NCBI GenBank assembly: GCA_964252035.1
Contig: OZ176201.1
Reading direction: 5' to 3' (one strand)
Length of the DNA: 64,000 nt
Source: Podarcis erhardii
Taxonomy: Eukaryota
A program made the translations under genes and the position numbers. Shown in pieces: positions 15,501-62,146 of this stretch. Each line of letters starts with the position of its first letter. Position 1 is the first letter of the stretch. Under the pieces are notes generated by a model that was not told the origin of the DNA, did no database searches, and was given only the letters and a program-made list of their open reading frames with translations.

Positions 15501-17198
15501 ATTGTGTACTGTGTTTTATTGCATGACAATTAGAAGCTCCAGGACAGATGTGAATAAGAGCCTCTCCAGAGTTGGTAGTTTGGACAAGGTAAGATTCTTC
15601 TCCTCTAAAAACTTGATGCTGAATTCTGCACACAAGACTACAGACACGTTCCCTCTCTTTTTGGCTGTTCTCTGGTAGAATCTAGCATTCATCTGACCCT
15701 GCACACATTCTTTTCTTCAGGTAGTGTGTGTTTGTATGGATCAGTAATAGGAATGTGTTTTAAGGACAGAAAATGCCTAGTCCTTTCTTCTTTTATACTT
15801 CTGCACTTTGTATAATGCGACTTGAGCATGTGAGCAATGCAACACGTGAACATGGGAAAGTGACTTAATGATGGCTGTTTTTCTTTGTGTAAACAATATT
15901 GTGTTTCTACAGGATGCTTCCAGGAAACGGAAATCTTATGGTAGCTCATCCGCAGGACTTCAGAATGCAGTTTCTTACACTGAATTTCAAAGGTATGCTG
16001 CTTAGTGTCATAGTCACTGTTGTCTTCAACCCTTTCAGCCTGGGATTCATGTTCAGGCCAAATGTATTGGAGACCCACTTGTTAAGGACCCCCCCCCCCA
16101 AGGAAATGCTGCTCTTGTGACCCAGCTGAGTTCAGGAGGGGAGAGTGCTCTTGTGCTCAAATCCTGGTTGTGGGTTTCCCACAGGCAATTGTTTGGCCAC
16201 TGTGAGAACAGGATGCTGAGCTGGATAGGCCATTGGCCTTAGCCAGCAGAATCTTCTGATGTTCCTACATCAGATAGTAATCCAGTAATGGGGTCATGAT
16301 ACACCAGTTGAAAACTAATGTATGAAGAGACAGTGTGATCCTCATTTGGACAGTTTTCCACCCCAAACAACTTATTTATTCATTTTAAAAAGCATGCTCC
16401 TGATGGGATCATCTGAACTACCCAGTTGGAACTCCATAATGCAGCTGATCCCTGCGCAAGCAGGGCTGCCTCAACGCTTCTCAAAAGCACTGTTTCACAT
16501 AGCCACCACCACCCCATTTAAAAGAGAAGGGGGGCAGCTGCTTCAAACAGTGCTTCTCCTTTCAGAGGTCCATGGGAAGTTGCTATTTCCCAAAGGTAGC
16601 TACTTCCAAAAGTAGCTGCTTTCTTTAGCTGCACATACTTTGTTCCCAGGAAGGAACAAGTGCACCCAAACAGCCCTTTTCAGGCCATCCCATGTTACTC
16701 CTTTCAACTTCTGATTTGGGAAGTGGAAATGGGCTGCAGGGACGGTGTCAAAGAGTAGCACTGGGAAGGAGAAGTGGCTTCCATTGGACAGAAACCTATT
16801 CCCCCGCAAGGCACACTCCTACTGCCCATCAGTTCATGGGTGGATTGGAGAGCACCTCGCTCCAGCAAAGGAACCACCAAGAGCCCACATTAAGCTCCCA
16901 ATTGTTATTTTGAAGCCCCACCCTCCACCTAACATCATGTAGGATCTCAGGTATAGAGCAGGTGGGCGTGGCTTCCCAAAAATGGCTAGTTGAGCCAAAT
17001 GAGGCGGCGTGGCAGGCTAAAAATGATTCTAAAGCCCCGCAGATGAGTTTTCTGTTTGTACGTTTTGTTGGATTTTGATTTTTTCCTTGTTCTAGACTTT
17101 CCAGATATACAGCAGAAATGGAGAAACAACTGAAAGAAGTGACCTATAAGCTTGACATGCTTATGAACGCTGCTCCTAAAACCACAGTCTCACCATGA
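2498..17198 (+). CDS. PKD2L2: Polycystin-2-like 2 (TRPP5) channel, 5'-truncated gene span; join 2498-2719,3682-3910,6565-6735,7791-7972,8716-8836,11517-11618,14275-14351 (or 14343),[15534-15588],15913-15992,17096-17198
   Basis: GT-AG exons with matching phases translate to polycystin TOP domain, S2-S6, LGD filter and [15 protein letters not shown]. Tail-to-tail position next to FAM13B supports the L2 paralogue over PKD2/PKD2L1. Confidence 0.93.
3682..3910 (+). CDS. PKD2L2: PKD2L2 exon ([25 protein letters not shown]...[10 protein letters not shown]), S2 and start of S3
   Basis: tttcacag acceptor, CTG|gtaagt donor, 229 nt, phase 2-0. Confidence 0.96.
4597..4742. mobile_element. hAT-like MITE
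   Basis: 15-bp TIRs CAGTGCTTCTTTCTG / AGAAAAAAAGCACTG; degenerate 8-bp TSD ATTTAATG/GTTTACTG. Confidence 0.6.
5111..5430 (-). mobile_element. L2 LINE 3' fragment
   Basis: Antisense tail TTTTTATTTATT then GGCACCTAAAG...CCTTCCTGGGGAGAGCATTCCAC, typical of L2. Confidence 0.55.
6149..6360 (+). mobile_element. L2 LINE 3' end
   Basis: Encodes [16 protein letters not shown] (L2 ORF2 C-terminal motif), then 3'UTR and a simple-repeat tail. Confidence 0.8.
6361..6408 (+). repeat. (GTT)16 microsatellite
   Basis: Direct reading. Confidence 0.98.
6565..6735 (+). CDS. PKD2L2: PKD2L2 exon ([13 protein letters not shown]...[15 protein letters not shown]), S3-S4
   Basis: ccctccag acceptor, AAG|gtactg donor, 171 nt, phase 0-0. 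Confidence 0.95.
7791..7972 (+). CDS. PKD2L2: PKD2L2 exon ([24 protein letters not shown]...FSTFQNCI), S4-S5 linker and S5
   Basis: tcttccag acceptor, AT|gtatgg donor, 182 nt, phase 0-2. Confidence 0.96.
8322..8454. mobile_element. Short hAT-like MITE (CAGCCTT...AAGGCTG); relatives near 46117-46223 and 53086-53195
   Basis: Terminal CAG/CTG; shared internal motifs GCCCTCCAG, GATGGGAG and CTGGAGGGC. Confidence 0.5.
8716..8836 (+). CDS. PKD2L2: PKD2L2 exon ([40 protein letters not shown]), pore loop and S6
   Basis: ctctcaag acceptor, CTG|gtaagt donor, 121 nt, phase 2-0; LGD filter. Confidence 0.96.
9524..9595 (+). repeat. Compound microsatellite (AAC)9(TAT)15
   Basis: Direct reading. Confidence 0.98.
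9597..9746 (-). mobile_element. L2 LINE 3' end, same family as 6149, inverted
   Basis: Reverse complement aligns with 6210-6350. Confidence 0.75.
10629..10978 (+). mobile_element. Sauria SINE (Squam1/POM-type, tRNA-derived head)
   Basis: GGATGCGGGTGGCGCTGTGG...GTGCAAGTAGATAAATAGGTACC... about 350 bp, homologous to the copies at 47671 and 62147. Confidence 0.9.
11517..11618 (+). CDS. PKD2L2: PKD2L2 exon ([34 protein letters not shown])
   Basis: ttgcacag acceptor, CAG|gtaagc donor, 102 nt, phase 0-0. Confidence 0.96.
14275..14351 (+). CDS. PKD2L2: PKD2L2 C-tail exon ([23 protein letters not shown][VSR]) with two candidate donors (after 14343 or 14351)
   Basis: atacttag acceptor; resembles the polycystin-2 segment [12 protein letters not shown]; donors GGA|gtaagc and AG|gtataa. 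Confidence 0.85.
15534..15588 (+). CDS. PKD2L2: Candidate 55-nt PKD2L2 exon ([18 protein letters not shown])
   Basis: caattag acceptor, strong AAG|gtaaga donor; phase 2-0 exactly bridges donor 14351 to exon 15913. Confidence 0.55.
15913..15992 (+). CDS. PKD2L2: PKD2L2 exon ([27 protein letters not shown])
   Basis: ttctacag acceptor, AG|gtatgc donor; VSYTEFQ resembles polycystin-2 VSYEEFQ at the coiled-coil start. Confidence 0.8.
16138..16268 (+). mobile_element. CR1 3'UTR fragment
   Basis: TGGCCACTGTGAGAACAGGATGCTG...ATGTTCCTA, reverse complement of the 33407 copy. Confidence 0.65.
17096..17198 (+). CDS. PKD2L2: PKD2L2 terminal coding exon ([33 protein letters not shown])
   Basis: Long polypyrimidine tract then ttctag acceptor; phase 2; heptad-like coiled coil; TGA at 17196-17198. 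Confidence 0.82.
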
Positions 17199-18353
17199 AA
17201 GCTACAGTAGGGAAAGGTAAGAGAGCAGATTTTACAATTGGGACCCAGTCTGATTGAAACCTTAGATGCAACTTCCTATGCCTTTCAGAAACAAGGTTGC
17301 CCAACTTGTCTCAGTATTTGTATAGCTACAGCACTGGGAAAACGTTCTAGACTCTAGAATGTAGATGTTGAAAGGAATCCTTGCCCAGCTTATGCATTAC
17401 CCCCTCCATTCAAGTGGCGTGCCAGTTGCTTGGCTGAACACCACATAGATTCTGAGAAAAAGCTACTTCATAAAGTTAAAAAAAGGAAAGTTCCAACCAA
17501 CCAAAGTCTAAAGATGGGGTTGCCCAGGAGCTATGATTGCTTGCCTCCTCCTACTAAATATAAGACAGAAGAGCTGCTTTTGGCATAACTTATTTTGTCA
17601 ACAGTAGCTTAACAGGAAGTGAGAACTGTAGGCATGTTACATAGCCATGAACATATGCACTGAAAACCTCCACCTACTGTTTTATTATGTGGCTGTTTGG
17701 GGGCACTGTACTTAAACCCAGGCAATCAGGTTGCAGCTGTGGGAAAACACATAAGAATAGAAATGTTTTAAAAGATAAGGCAAAAGTGTTTTCCTTCATT
17801 CTTTAGAGCAGCATTGGAGGGGCAAAGAATAAATCTCATTTTGGAACTGCTGGGAGCAGGCATCCCTCCATGAATACTAAAGAAAAATGTAGACAACACA
17901 TTAAGGCTGTCAAATATTATAGGAAACTAAATATTCTATATTCCAAAGCCATTTTGAAAAAAAATGATATATCGCAATCCAGAAAAGGCAATTCAGCCAC
18001 TTGCCGCATACTTCTCAGAAACCATGGACATACCTTAGAATCCCCAAGATCCCACTCCCCAAATTCATCCTTTAATTGGTTTTACTTCTGAATGTAAGAA
18101 ACAATTTTTAAAAGTGTAGAATTGCTAATGGGAAAGTCTTTTGGAAGGCAGTATTTAGAATTGCTGTTCCCACCACACCCATGTTTATATGTTGCCCCCC
18201 AGAGGGTTGACTATGGTGGCTGGCCTTCAGCACAAAAAAAGGTTAAGCCTGCCATAGATACACATCTGAATGTACCTTCAAATAAAAATGTTGCTTTCAA
18301 CAGGACACCCCCCACGTCAGTGCAGCTCCAGGTTTGTGTCTGCTTCCCACTGA

Positions 18354-18355
<2 letters not shown>

Positions 18356-18403
<48 letters not shown>
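18356..18403 (+). repeat. (GT)n microsatellite
   Basis: Direct reading. Confidence 0.98.
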
Positions 18404-18406
<3 letters not shown>

Positions 18407-20050
18407 CAATGGTGAAGTGATCTGATTTACACTCCCAGCTAGTGTTTTCTGGACCAGGGTAAGACTGGAGAAGTCAGCTGCTAAAGATAATGGTGATATT
18501 TATTTTGTTTTGCGTTTGCTTACATTGTTCTGAAAGCTCAAGTAATTTAAAAGTGGATAAATAATGTAAGGCAATTTTCATCATTTAGAATATCCTATTT
18601 ACCTCAGTAACCAAATGTCACCTGAAAAATAATGCCTCCGGATATCATTCAAGCTTGAAATTTTATCCCCAGGGAAAGAAGGCACACAACCGTAATACAG
18701 TCACTGAGAATACCCTTCTCTGTGCCCTTGCTGGTAGTGCAAAGAGGATGCTCTCAGGTACTTATAACGGTAGCAGGGAGGTGTTAAGTATGAAACAGTG
18801 CATTTTGCACTAAAAAAAGTCTGTGTCAATACCGCTTATTTCATGTGACGTATGAATTAAGGAAATTTACAAACATTTACTCCTTGCAATTAATTCTGCT
18901 CCTATAGACGAGGATGCTCAGAGCTGTGGGGGGGGGGAGTAGAGGTTTTTTTAGTGCATTAGCATCAAGGCCATATTGCATTAGAAACTTACTTCCTGCA
19001 GCCATCTCCCAAGCTTACATTTGTTCATGGAAAAGGACTTTCTTCTGGCAACAGCCAGGTCCCATTTTTAAAAGTGTGAGCAGCTGAAAACCATGGTTAA
19101 CAATAAGGGAACCCTGGAAGGCTAGTATGCATACATGGCTGAGACCCTCCCTTTAACAGGTACTGCTAAATTCTACACCCAGTCAGCATCTTGTTTTTAG
19201 TTCTTGAGGGATTTTTTTTTTTAATCCTATGTTTTCCAAAGCTCTTGCAACTGCACCATCATTTTAGATGGATCAGTTGTTTTTACTGCAAGCGATATTT
19301 CTTTGTGGATCAACAGAGGGCTCCAAGAAGGATGTGTTGCCTGCCTTGCAGCTCAGAAACACAAAACTGCACTTCAATGCTATTTTCTTGAACAGCAGAG
19401 AATGGATCTCTGTCAAGTATTAGAACATATAGCAAAAGGTGCATGATAGTAATAACAATAACTTGTTAAGGAACAGTCTAACATGAAGGTTAATGGGAAA
19501 AACAAGACCAAAAAATCAGGTGGGAAGGAAGGACCTGCGGGCAGGAGTACCCCCAGATACTGCCCCATACCCTTGGGACAGAGAAGAAAAACGGCACAGC
19601 TCGCCAAAACAGGGTGGACCTTGGAACGCTCTATATATCCACAAAGAAATTAGGTTAACAAATTCAGATGTGGAAAAAATCAGGTCTGTAGAACATAAGA
19701 ATAACCCTGCTGAACGTTCTAGAAGTATAATATAATAAACTGCTTCCAGTCGGCAGCACTGTAAAAATTAGAAGAGTGTGCACAATGAATATATTTATTT
19801 ATTTATTTATGGGTCACCTTTCAACCTGAAGGCCTTTAAAGCAGCTTACAATGTAACAAGATAAAAAACACAAGTACATGCTTGTTTCTGGTGAAACTGC
19901 AACTACCACCAGTTCTGAGACTCTAAGCCAGGACTACATGTTAAAGCCAAACAGTAGAATTATAGGCAACAGCACACAGGATTAAAACAAACAATTGTTA
20001 AAACCTTGTTTAAACGCCCTAGAGTCAATTAGGAGAAACAACACATGTTC

Positions 20051-20087
20051 CACACACACACACACACATACACACCACAAACACACA
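20051..20087 (+). repeat. Imperfect (CA)n tract
   Basis: Direct reading. Confidence 0.9.
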
Positions 20088-20089
20088 AT

Positions 20090-22302
20090 GGAGTATGACA
20101 ATAAAAGATCCTTTTATTATAAAAATCTATACAATGAAATGCCAGACATAGCAATCATTTATATCTGGTTTATTTATATATATATTTATATATCTATATA
20201 TCCACATATAGTTTTTACTTATACCAAAGTAAAACTATGTTATATCACAAAATGCCTAACACTACCATTTATTGCTCAATAAGATGGCACAACACACACT
20301 CTTAGCATAACTGATGCCATGCTAGCTACGATACTGAACAAACAGCCAAACACTGCATAACACACAAAAGCAGCTGTTAATTCTGAAGTGGAACCAGTCT
20401 GATCACTCACTTTATAAAAATATTGGAATCATATAGATTTAAGCATTATAAAGGAGGAATATATTATTTAAAACATTTAAATAGTGCATATTGACATTTT
20501 GCATGTGGTATATAAAACATTCATGTACAACACTGTACAGTACACATAAGTTTCAATGTTTGGGTGCACCTGTGTCTGCAAGATTGATAGAAAACAAAGT
20601 GAAGTGTACATTGCACAATGGAGCTGAATAAAAGCCACAGATGATCTCCAGATTAATTTCCAAACTTGTAATTCACTACTAAAAAAACCCTTCTAGTTGT
20701 ATAAAAAGGCAAAGCATTTGAATATAATCTCATTTCAGTGCTCTTGGGTTCCAAAATTACATGCCTATAATCACAGTAAAAATAGAGAGAGATAGCAAAC
20801 AGGCAAGTATGGAGTATTGAAAATCTACTTTCTATCTATTCCATGTTAACACACTGACCTGATGAATTACATGCTAGCCACTTATTTCACAGACATTCAT
20901 TTTTTGGTCTTTCAAAAAGCAATGAGAATCAATATCTGTGTTGACATTAGCTGTTCATAACACATGCAGCAAATAGGCACGTACAAAAACATGGCCACAG
21001 TACAAAAGATATCAAAAATGTGCCAATTTCAACATTTAGGGCTCAGTCCAGTTGTGCCACAGATGCAGCACCCACATGCAAAGAAATCCCATGACACTGC
21101 CCTGTTCCTCCCCGTTCACTGTGCACACCCTGGCACTCAATTCATCAAACCATTTTTAAGGGCCTGAGGTACAGTGTCTGCACACATGCCATAAAGACAG
21201 GTGGTAAAACGGTGTCTCTGACCTTTGATAATCTCTCTATGTGCAGACTGTATGTCCACAGTAGGCCTGGATAGAGTCTTTCAGACTGCAGATTTAAGTG
21301 GGGCGGGGAAGGGATTGAGAAGAACCATTAAAGGCTACTGTCATCTAAACTAGGCAAAATAATCATCACAAAAATGTTTCAATTCTGAAGCTTCATCATG
21401 CAATAACCATATGATATCTGCTTATTGCCACAAACAAATCACTTTTCCTTCCATTTTTACAACAGTGACATAGCAGAGAGGCTTTTCTCAAACTGTGTGT
21501 CTACCTTGAATCCATCACACTAATGATTTTATTTTAGCCCTTGGTAAGATATGCTTATTTCAGATACAACAGAGCTGAGCACAGACACTCTCCCATACAA
21601 AGGTATGATGCAATATCCATTTGAGACACTAAATCACCATCAGCTGATAAATTGATAAATTAACAGTAATGCAAGTCTTGTAGGCAATATGTGATATAAA
21701 TGTTCAGGTTTTTCCAAGTTTTAAAAATACAACAAGCAAGGTCACTTTCTGGTTTGTCCATTGTAATCTGAAACTGAAGACCAAGGAGCTTTAAGTTGCA
21801 AATATCTACAGACCATAAACCATTCTATCGTATGAAAAATGTCATTTAAAATCAAACAGAGTTATTCCGCAGCGGTCCTCTGAAAGGCATTTCAGTTCAG
21901 TTTGGTGTTGAAAAACACAGTTGTGTTCTTAAATTTGCTGCCATTGTTCCCCAGCATAAAAAGGCAACAGAGAGAGTTCAGTACAACACTAACAAATGCA
22001 GATGAAACGAAGTTAGAAGGTCCAGAGTTTCTGAATGGTTCTAGTTCTACAGTCTTTTGGGAGGAAGATGCATTTTTAATTAAAAGAAACAAGGAAAATG
22101 TTTTCTATAGTTGGACAGAGCAGTCTTACTTTTTAAAAGTTTTTTGTTAGCTTTCTAGATAGGACCTACTTGCCTTTCAAATGTGGCACCATAAAATGTA
22201 CAAAAACTGCATTCTTTCAACAGCGCAAGACAAAAGTGAACACCTAACAGTACTATGGACATCATAAGAAAACAACCTTTCACTATTATGAAGAAACTTA
22301 AT
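20090..22302 (-). other. FAM13B: FAM13B 3'UTR (approximate distal end)
   Basis: AT-rich stretch with no obvious transposon after the stop; AATAAA at 20118-20113 followed by a GT-rich downstream tract. Confidence 0.55.
20100..20118. terminator. Candidate bidirectional poly(A) signal AATAAAAG-ATC-CTTTTATT
   Basis: AATAAA on + at 20100-20105 and on - at 20118-20113, forming a perfect 8-bp inverted repeat. Confidence 0.45.
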
Positions 22303-58748
<36,446 letters not shown>

Positions 58749-59371
58749 ATCTTTATGCAGCCCAATATCAAAGCTGTCTTTCTGTAAAATACAGTTGCCT
58801 TGCATTGAACTCCAACATTAAATACCGATTCACACATAAAAATACATCAGTTAATGAATAAACTTTAATCAGAAACTAGAACCCCAGCTATGAATCCCAC
58901 ACAAACTATCTTCCTTTTAAAAAAAAAAGATTTACTCTAAGCCCAGAATGTGATAAAACTGAAACAGAATAACCACACAATGATTTTAGTTCCTGCAAAA
59001 CAAAGATATATAAAACTGGCAACAATAGCTGCTAGAATTATTGCAAATAATAAGCAGATTTAATCACATGTAGTGAGCCTGCTAAAAGCCCCAAAATGCT
59101 GAAATACAATAGAAACTGACTTTTTTTTTATTAAAAAAAGTGTCACTTCAATGGATCAACTTTTTGTCAGCTTAATTATGTGCCAATTGTACTATACTGT
59201 ATCCATTGGTTACTACCAGACTAGTTTATACCAGGCATTAGAAATGCATATTACTCCTAAACAAGAGCAGCTGAAAAGATTGCGGAAAATTTGGCTTGGC
59301 CAAAATAAAGCAAACTTTAAACTATGGTTCTAATAATTTCTTAAAAGAAAAAGAAAGTTGAGAAAACCTAC

Positions 59372-59538
59372 CTCAGAGCACTTACACACCTACGTTTACA
59401 AAATATTTTCTACGCCAGCTACCCTTACTGACCAAGCATTCTTTTGTCATTTATGGTTGCTTGAGGTTATGGCAGAAGATCAGCCTGTAGTTCCTCATTG
59501 AAGAAGAGCAGAACTCGATCAGTACCTCAGCTGTTAAT
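59372..59538 (-). other. FAM13B: FAM13B non-coding 5'UTR exon carrying uORFs; the 3' boundary could be 59390, 59386 or 59372
   Basis: Strong acceptor ctttttgttttccag at 59540-59539; three GT candidates (G|gtgtgt, GT|gtaagt, GAG|gtaggt); lies 0.6 kb upstream of the ATG exon. Confidence 0.7.
59451..59498 (-). CDS. 15-aa upstream ORF MRNYRLIFCHNLKQP* in the FAM13B leader
   Basis: ATG AGG AAC TAC AGG CTG ATC TTC TGC CAT AAC CTC AAG CAA CCA TAA read directly; translation not shown. Confidence 0.6.
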   Translation of the reverse strand: MRNYRLIFCHNLKQP

Positions 59539-61043
59539 CTGGAAAACAAAAAGAAGCATTTAAGTACTCTAAATTTTGTTATTATTTAAAGAGCAATGTG
59601 TAGAGGCTGGGGTAGGGGGAGAAGAAGAGTCCATGGCAGAGCTACCGCCATTTCCCATGGCCTGCGTCGCTCAATGCAACAAGGGCAAAAGGTGGAGAGC
59701 AGGTGTCTCATTCCATAATTTCTTTCTCCGCTCCCATTGACCACAAATTTAATTATTTCATTCCATCATGAATCACCACCTGAGATATAATTTGAAGCAA
59801 TTTAAAAATAAAAATACCAACAAAAACAATTATAACAATTTCATACATAAACAATTGAAAGACTTAACTACACCACCTTCAGGATTCAGATATTTTTAGG
59901 GTGTATCAGAGGAACAAGGGAGGCTGAGGTTCTGTGGATCCACAGTCTGTGTCTGAAAGGTCCAGTCTCCCCACCCCCGACAGAGCACAAGTGCTTTCCA
60001 CCAAACAGGGATCACACAACAGGCCTTCCTCACCGCTGACAGAGTAACAATTCAGCTGCATCCAATGGCCCCAAGACACCCTCCTAGAGAGCATACAGGT
60101 TGCTTCAATATTTTATTTTTAAATGCCTCAGAACAAAGTTTTAAAAATGTGAATACTCGATCATATTATGTTTTTGACTATCAGAAATTAGGTGATTTAA
60201 TAGTCTGATCAAACCTCCAGACAGACTGATCTGCAAGCACAATTCTCACATAATTTCCATTCAGTCCACCCCAATTTCACTCCAAGGTAAATAATGTAGA
60301 CATGCTACTGCTGTGGCATTGTAACAAATGCATAAGTTCTTGTACTCATGCAGACAATGACCTGTTTCAAATGCAGTACTAAACCATGGTTTAGCGATGG
60401 ACAAGCTTGCACAAGTCTGAGGCTCACATACTCTCCTGTCCTTTGAGCATGCAAGGAGGAAACTGAAAGTCTGTTTTAGAACTAACTTCAGTTCTAGTAT
60501 TTCAAGTTCATGCAACTGTAGTTTGTTCTTAATACATTTAGTTAACAAATTGGGATATCAAATCCATAAATAACCCATCTAAGATATGGAAACTGTCCTC
60601 ATGAAGATGGTTAAAAATAATCTTTAAAAATGATGTCTTAAATTTTGTTTAAATTTCAGCTATAGGAAGTATGCAACTATTGTAAAACAAAATATACATT
60701 TTAAATGCTATAATTACTTAAAACCCCACATGTTAAACCCTTATGTTATTTTAAACTCCAACTCAATCTACATTAAAAGCAGCTAAGATTTTCAGAAAAA
60801 ACAAGTCAAATTACACCACAAGATAAAATCAGAAATGCATCCATGAATATTTTTTTAATTATTTTTAAAAATTGGAGTCAGCATAAAAACCTGTTAATAT
60901 TAATCTTGCTCAAATAAAACAGTATTGGCAAGATTGTGCAAAGTCAAAAGAAGAAGCCACACAAATCTCCCATGCAAGTTCACTCCACAACTGGGCCACA
61001 TAAAAACCACAGACATCAATATACATACATCCATAAACACCAT

Positions 61044-61259
61044 GCCATTTAGGGCTTCATAGATAATAACCAGAACCTCAAATTGTGCTTCGAAATATTC
61101 TAAAGCAGACACCATATACTCACACATATGTATTCCCATAAGCAACCTAGCTGGAGTATTTAGGACCACCTGAGGCTTAGAGAGATTCTTCAAAAGCAGC
61201 CCTATGTAGAGAGTGCTGCAGAAATACAATTTCAATGTAGCTGAGCTGTGCGTCATCAA
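61044..61259 (-). mobile_element. Degenerate L2 ORF2 fragment
   Basis: LYFCSTLYIGLLLKNLSKPQVVLNTPARLL...AQFEVLVIIYEALNG resembles L2 LDYCNALYxGLP...QNAAARLL...FKVLVLTYKALNG. Confidence 0.7.
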
Positions 61260-61266
61260 GACAAAT

Positions 61267-61434
61267 GGGGAAGGGCCATAGTTCAGTGAAAGAGCATCTT
61301 CATTGCATGTAGAAGGTGCCAAGATCAATCCCTGGCATTTCCAGTTAAGGCTGGGAATGTCCCGTTTTAAACCATGGTGAACCTTTGCCAGTTGGTGTAA
61401 GCAACACTGAGCAGGACAGACCAATATTCCTATG
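61267..61434 (+). mobile_element. Squam3-like SINE, degenerate
   Basis: GGGCCATAGTTCAGTGAAAGAGCATC...CAATCCCTGGCATTTCCAG, similar to the 58014 copy. Confidence 0.7.
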
Positions 61435-62146
61435 ATCTGACTAGAAATGAGTCAAATGGAAAGCTATTTTAACGTCACCTTTTTCATGGGGATTTACAAT
61501 TAAATGACACTGGTCATGAGACCTACTTAATAGCCTACAGATAATGTAGTTACAAAGTTTTAAGTACAATGTTTGTTACTAACAACTATCTTTAATCTGA
61601 TAGTGACATTTACAAGCATGAAACCACTTCTTAGATTATCAAGGTTCCTAGAATTACTAGACTTTTATATGTCTTACATTAAACAATGTACAGTTATCAT
61701 ATATACAAAATCCTTTTTAAAAAGCCACTTACTGAGTTTCTTCTTTGAGTCTAGTATAAGCCAAAAATTAATCCAAAGTGGAACTATATATCCCTCTTGT
61801 AACGGAAGGACCTGCTAGGAGATCAGGGCAATGACTACCCACCCTGAGGTGGACTGAGGTTACTTAAGAGATAATGATTTGCCCAAGGCCACTCAGGGTT
61901 GAAAACGTATCAAAGAGCAAAACTGTGCCCATTATACCACAATGGTTCCTGCTAAAGTTATGTAAGGGAAAAAATAAATTAGCTGTAATCTTGGAAACAG
62001 TTGTGGAATGGAGAACATGTTCTCTGATACAGACAGCAAGATCTCTAGTACTTGTGAGGAGGCAGTTCCCACCTGCTCCAGCTGTCCATGATGGAACTCA
62101 CTTAACTTGTTCTAATATTTGTTAATTATCCCTACTGACTTATATA

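Noticed and set aside
20610-20616. miR-25/92 seed match (GTGCAAT) in the FAM13B 3'UTR
   Set aside because: A single 7-mer in 2.2 kb is expected by chance without conservation data.
21902-22150. 82-aa ORF antisense to the FAM13B 3'UTR as an extra PKD2L2 exon
   Set aside because: PKD2L2 already stops at 17198; TTG start and no homology recognised.
58749-58805. N-terminal extension [19 protein letters not shown] of FAM13B in the ORF track
   Set aside because: The upstream ATG lies in the intron, 5' of the acceptor at 58783-58782.
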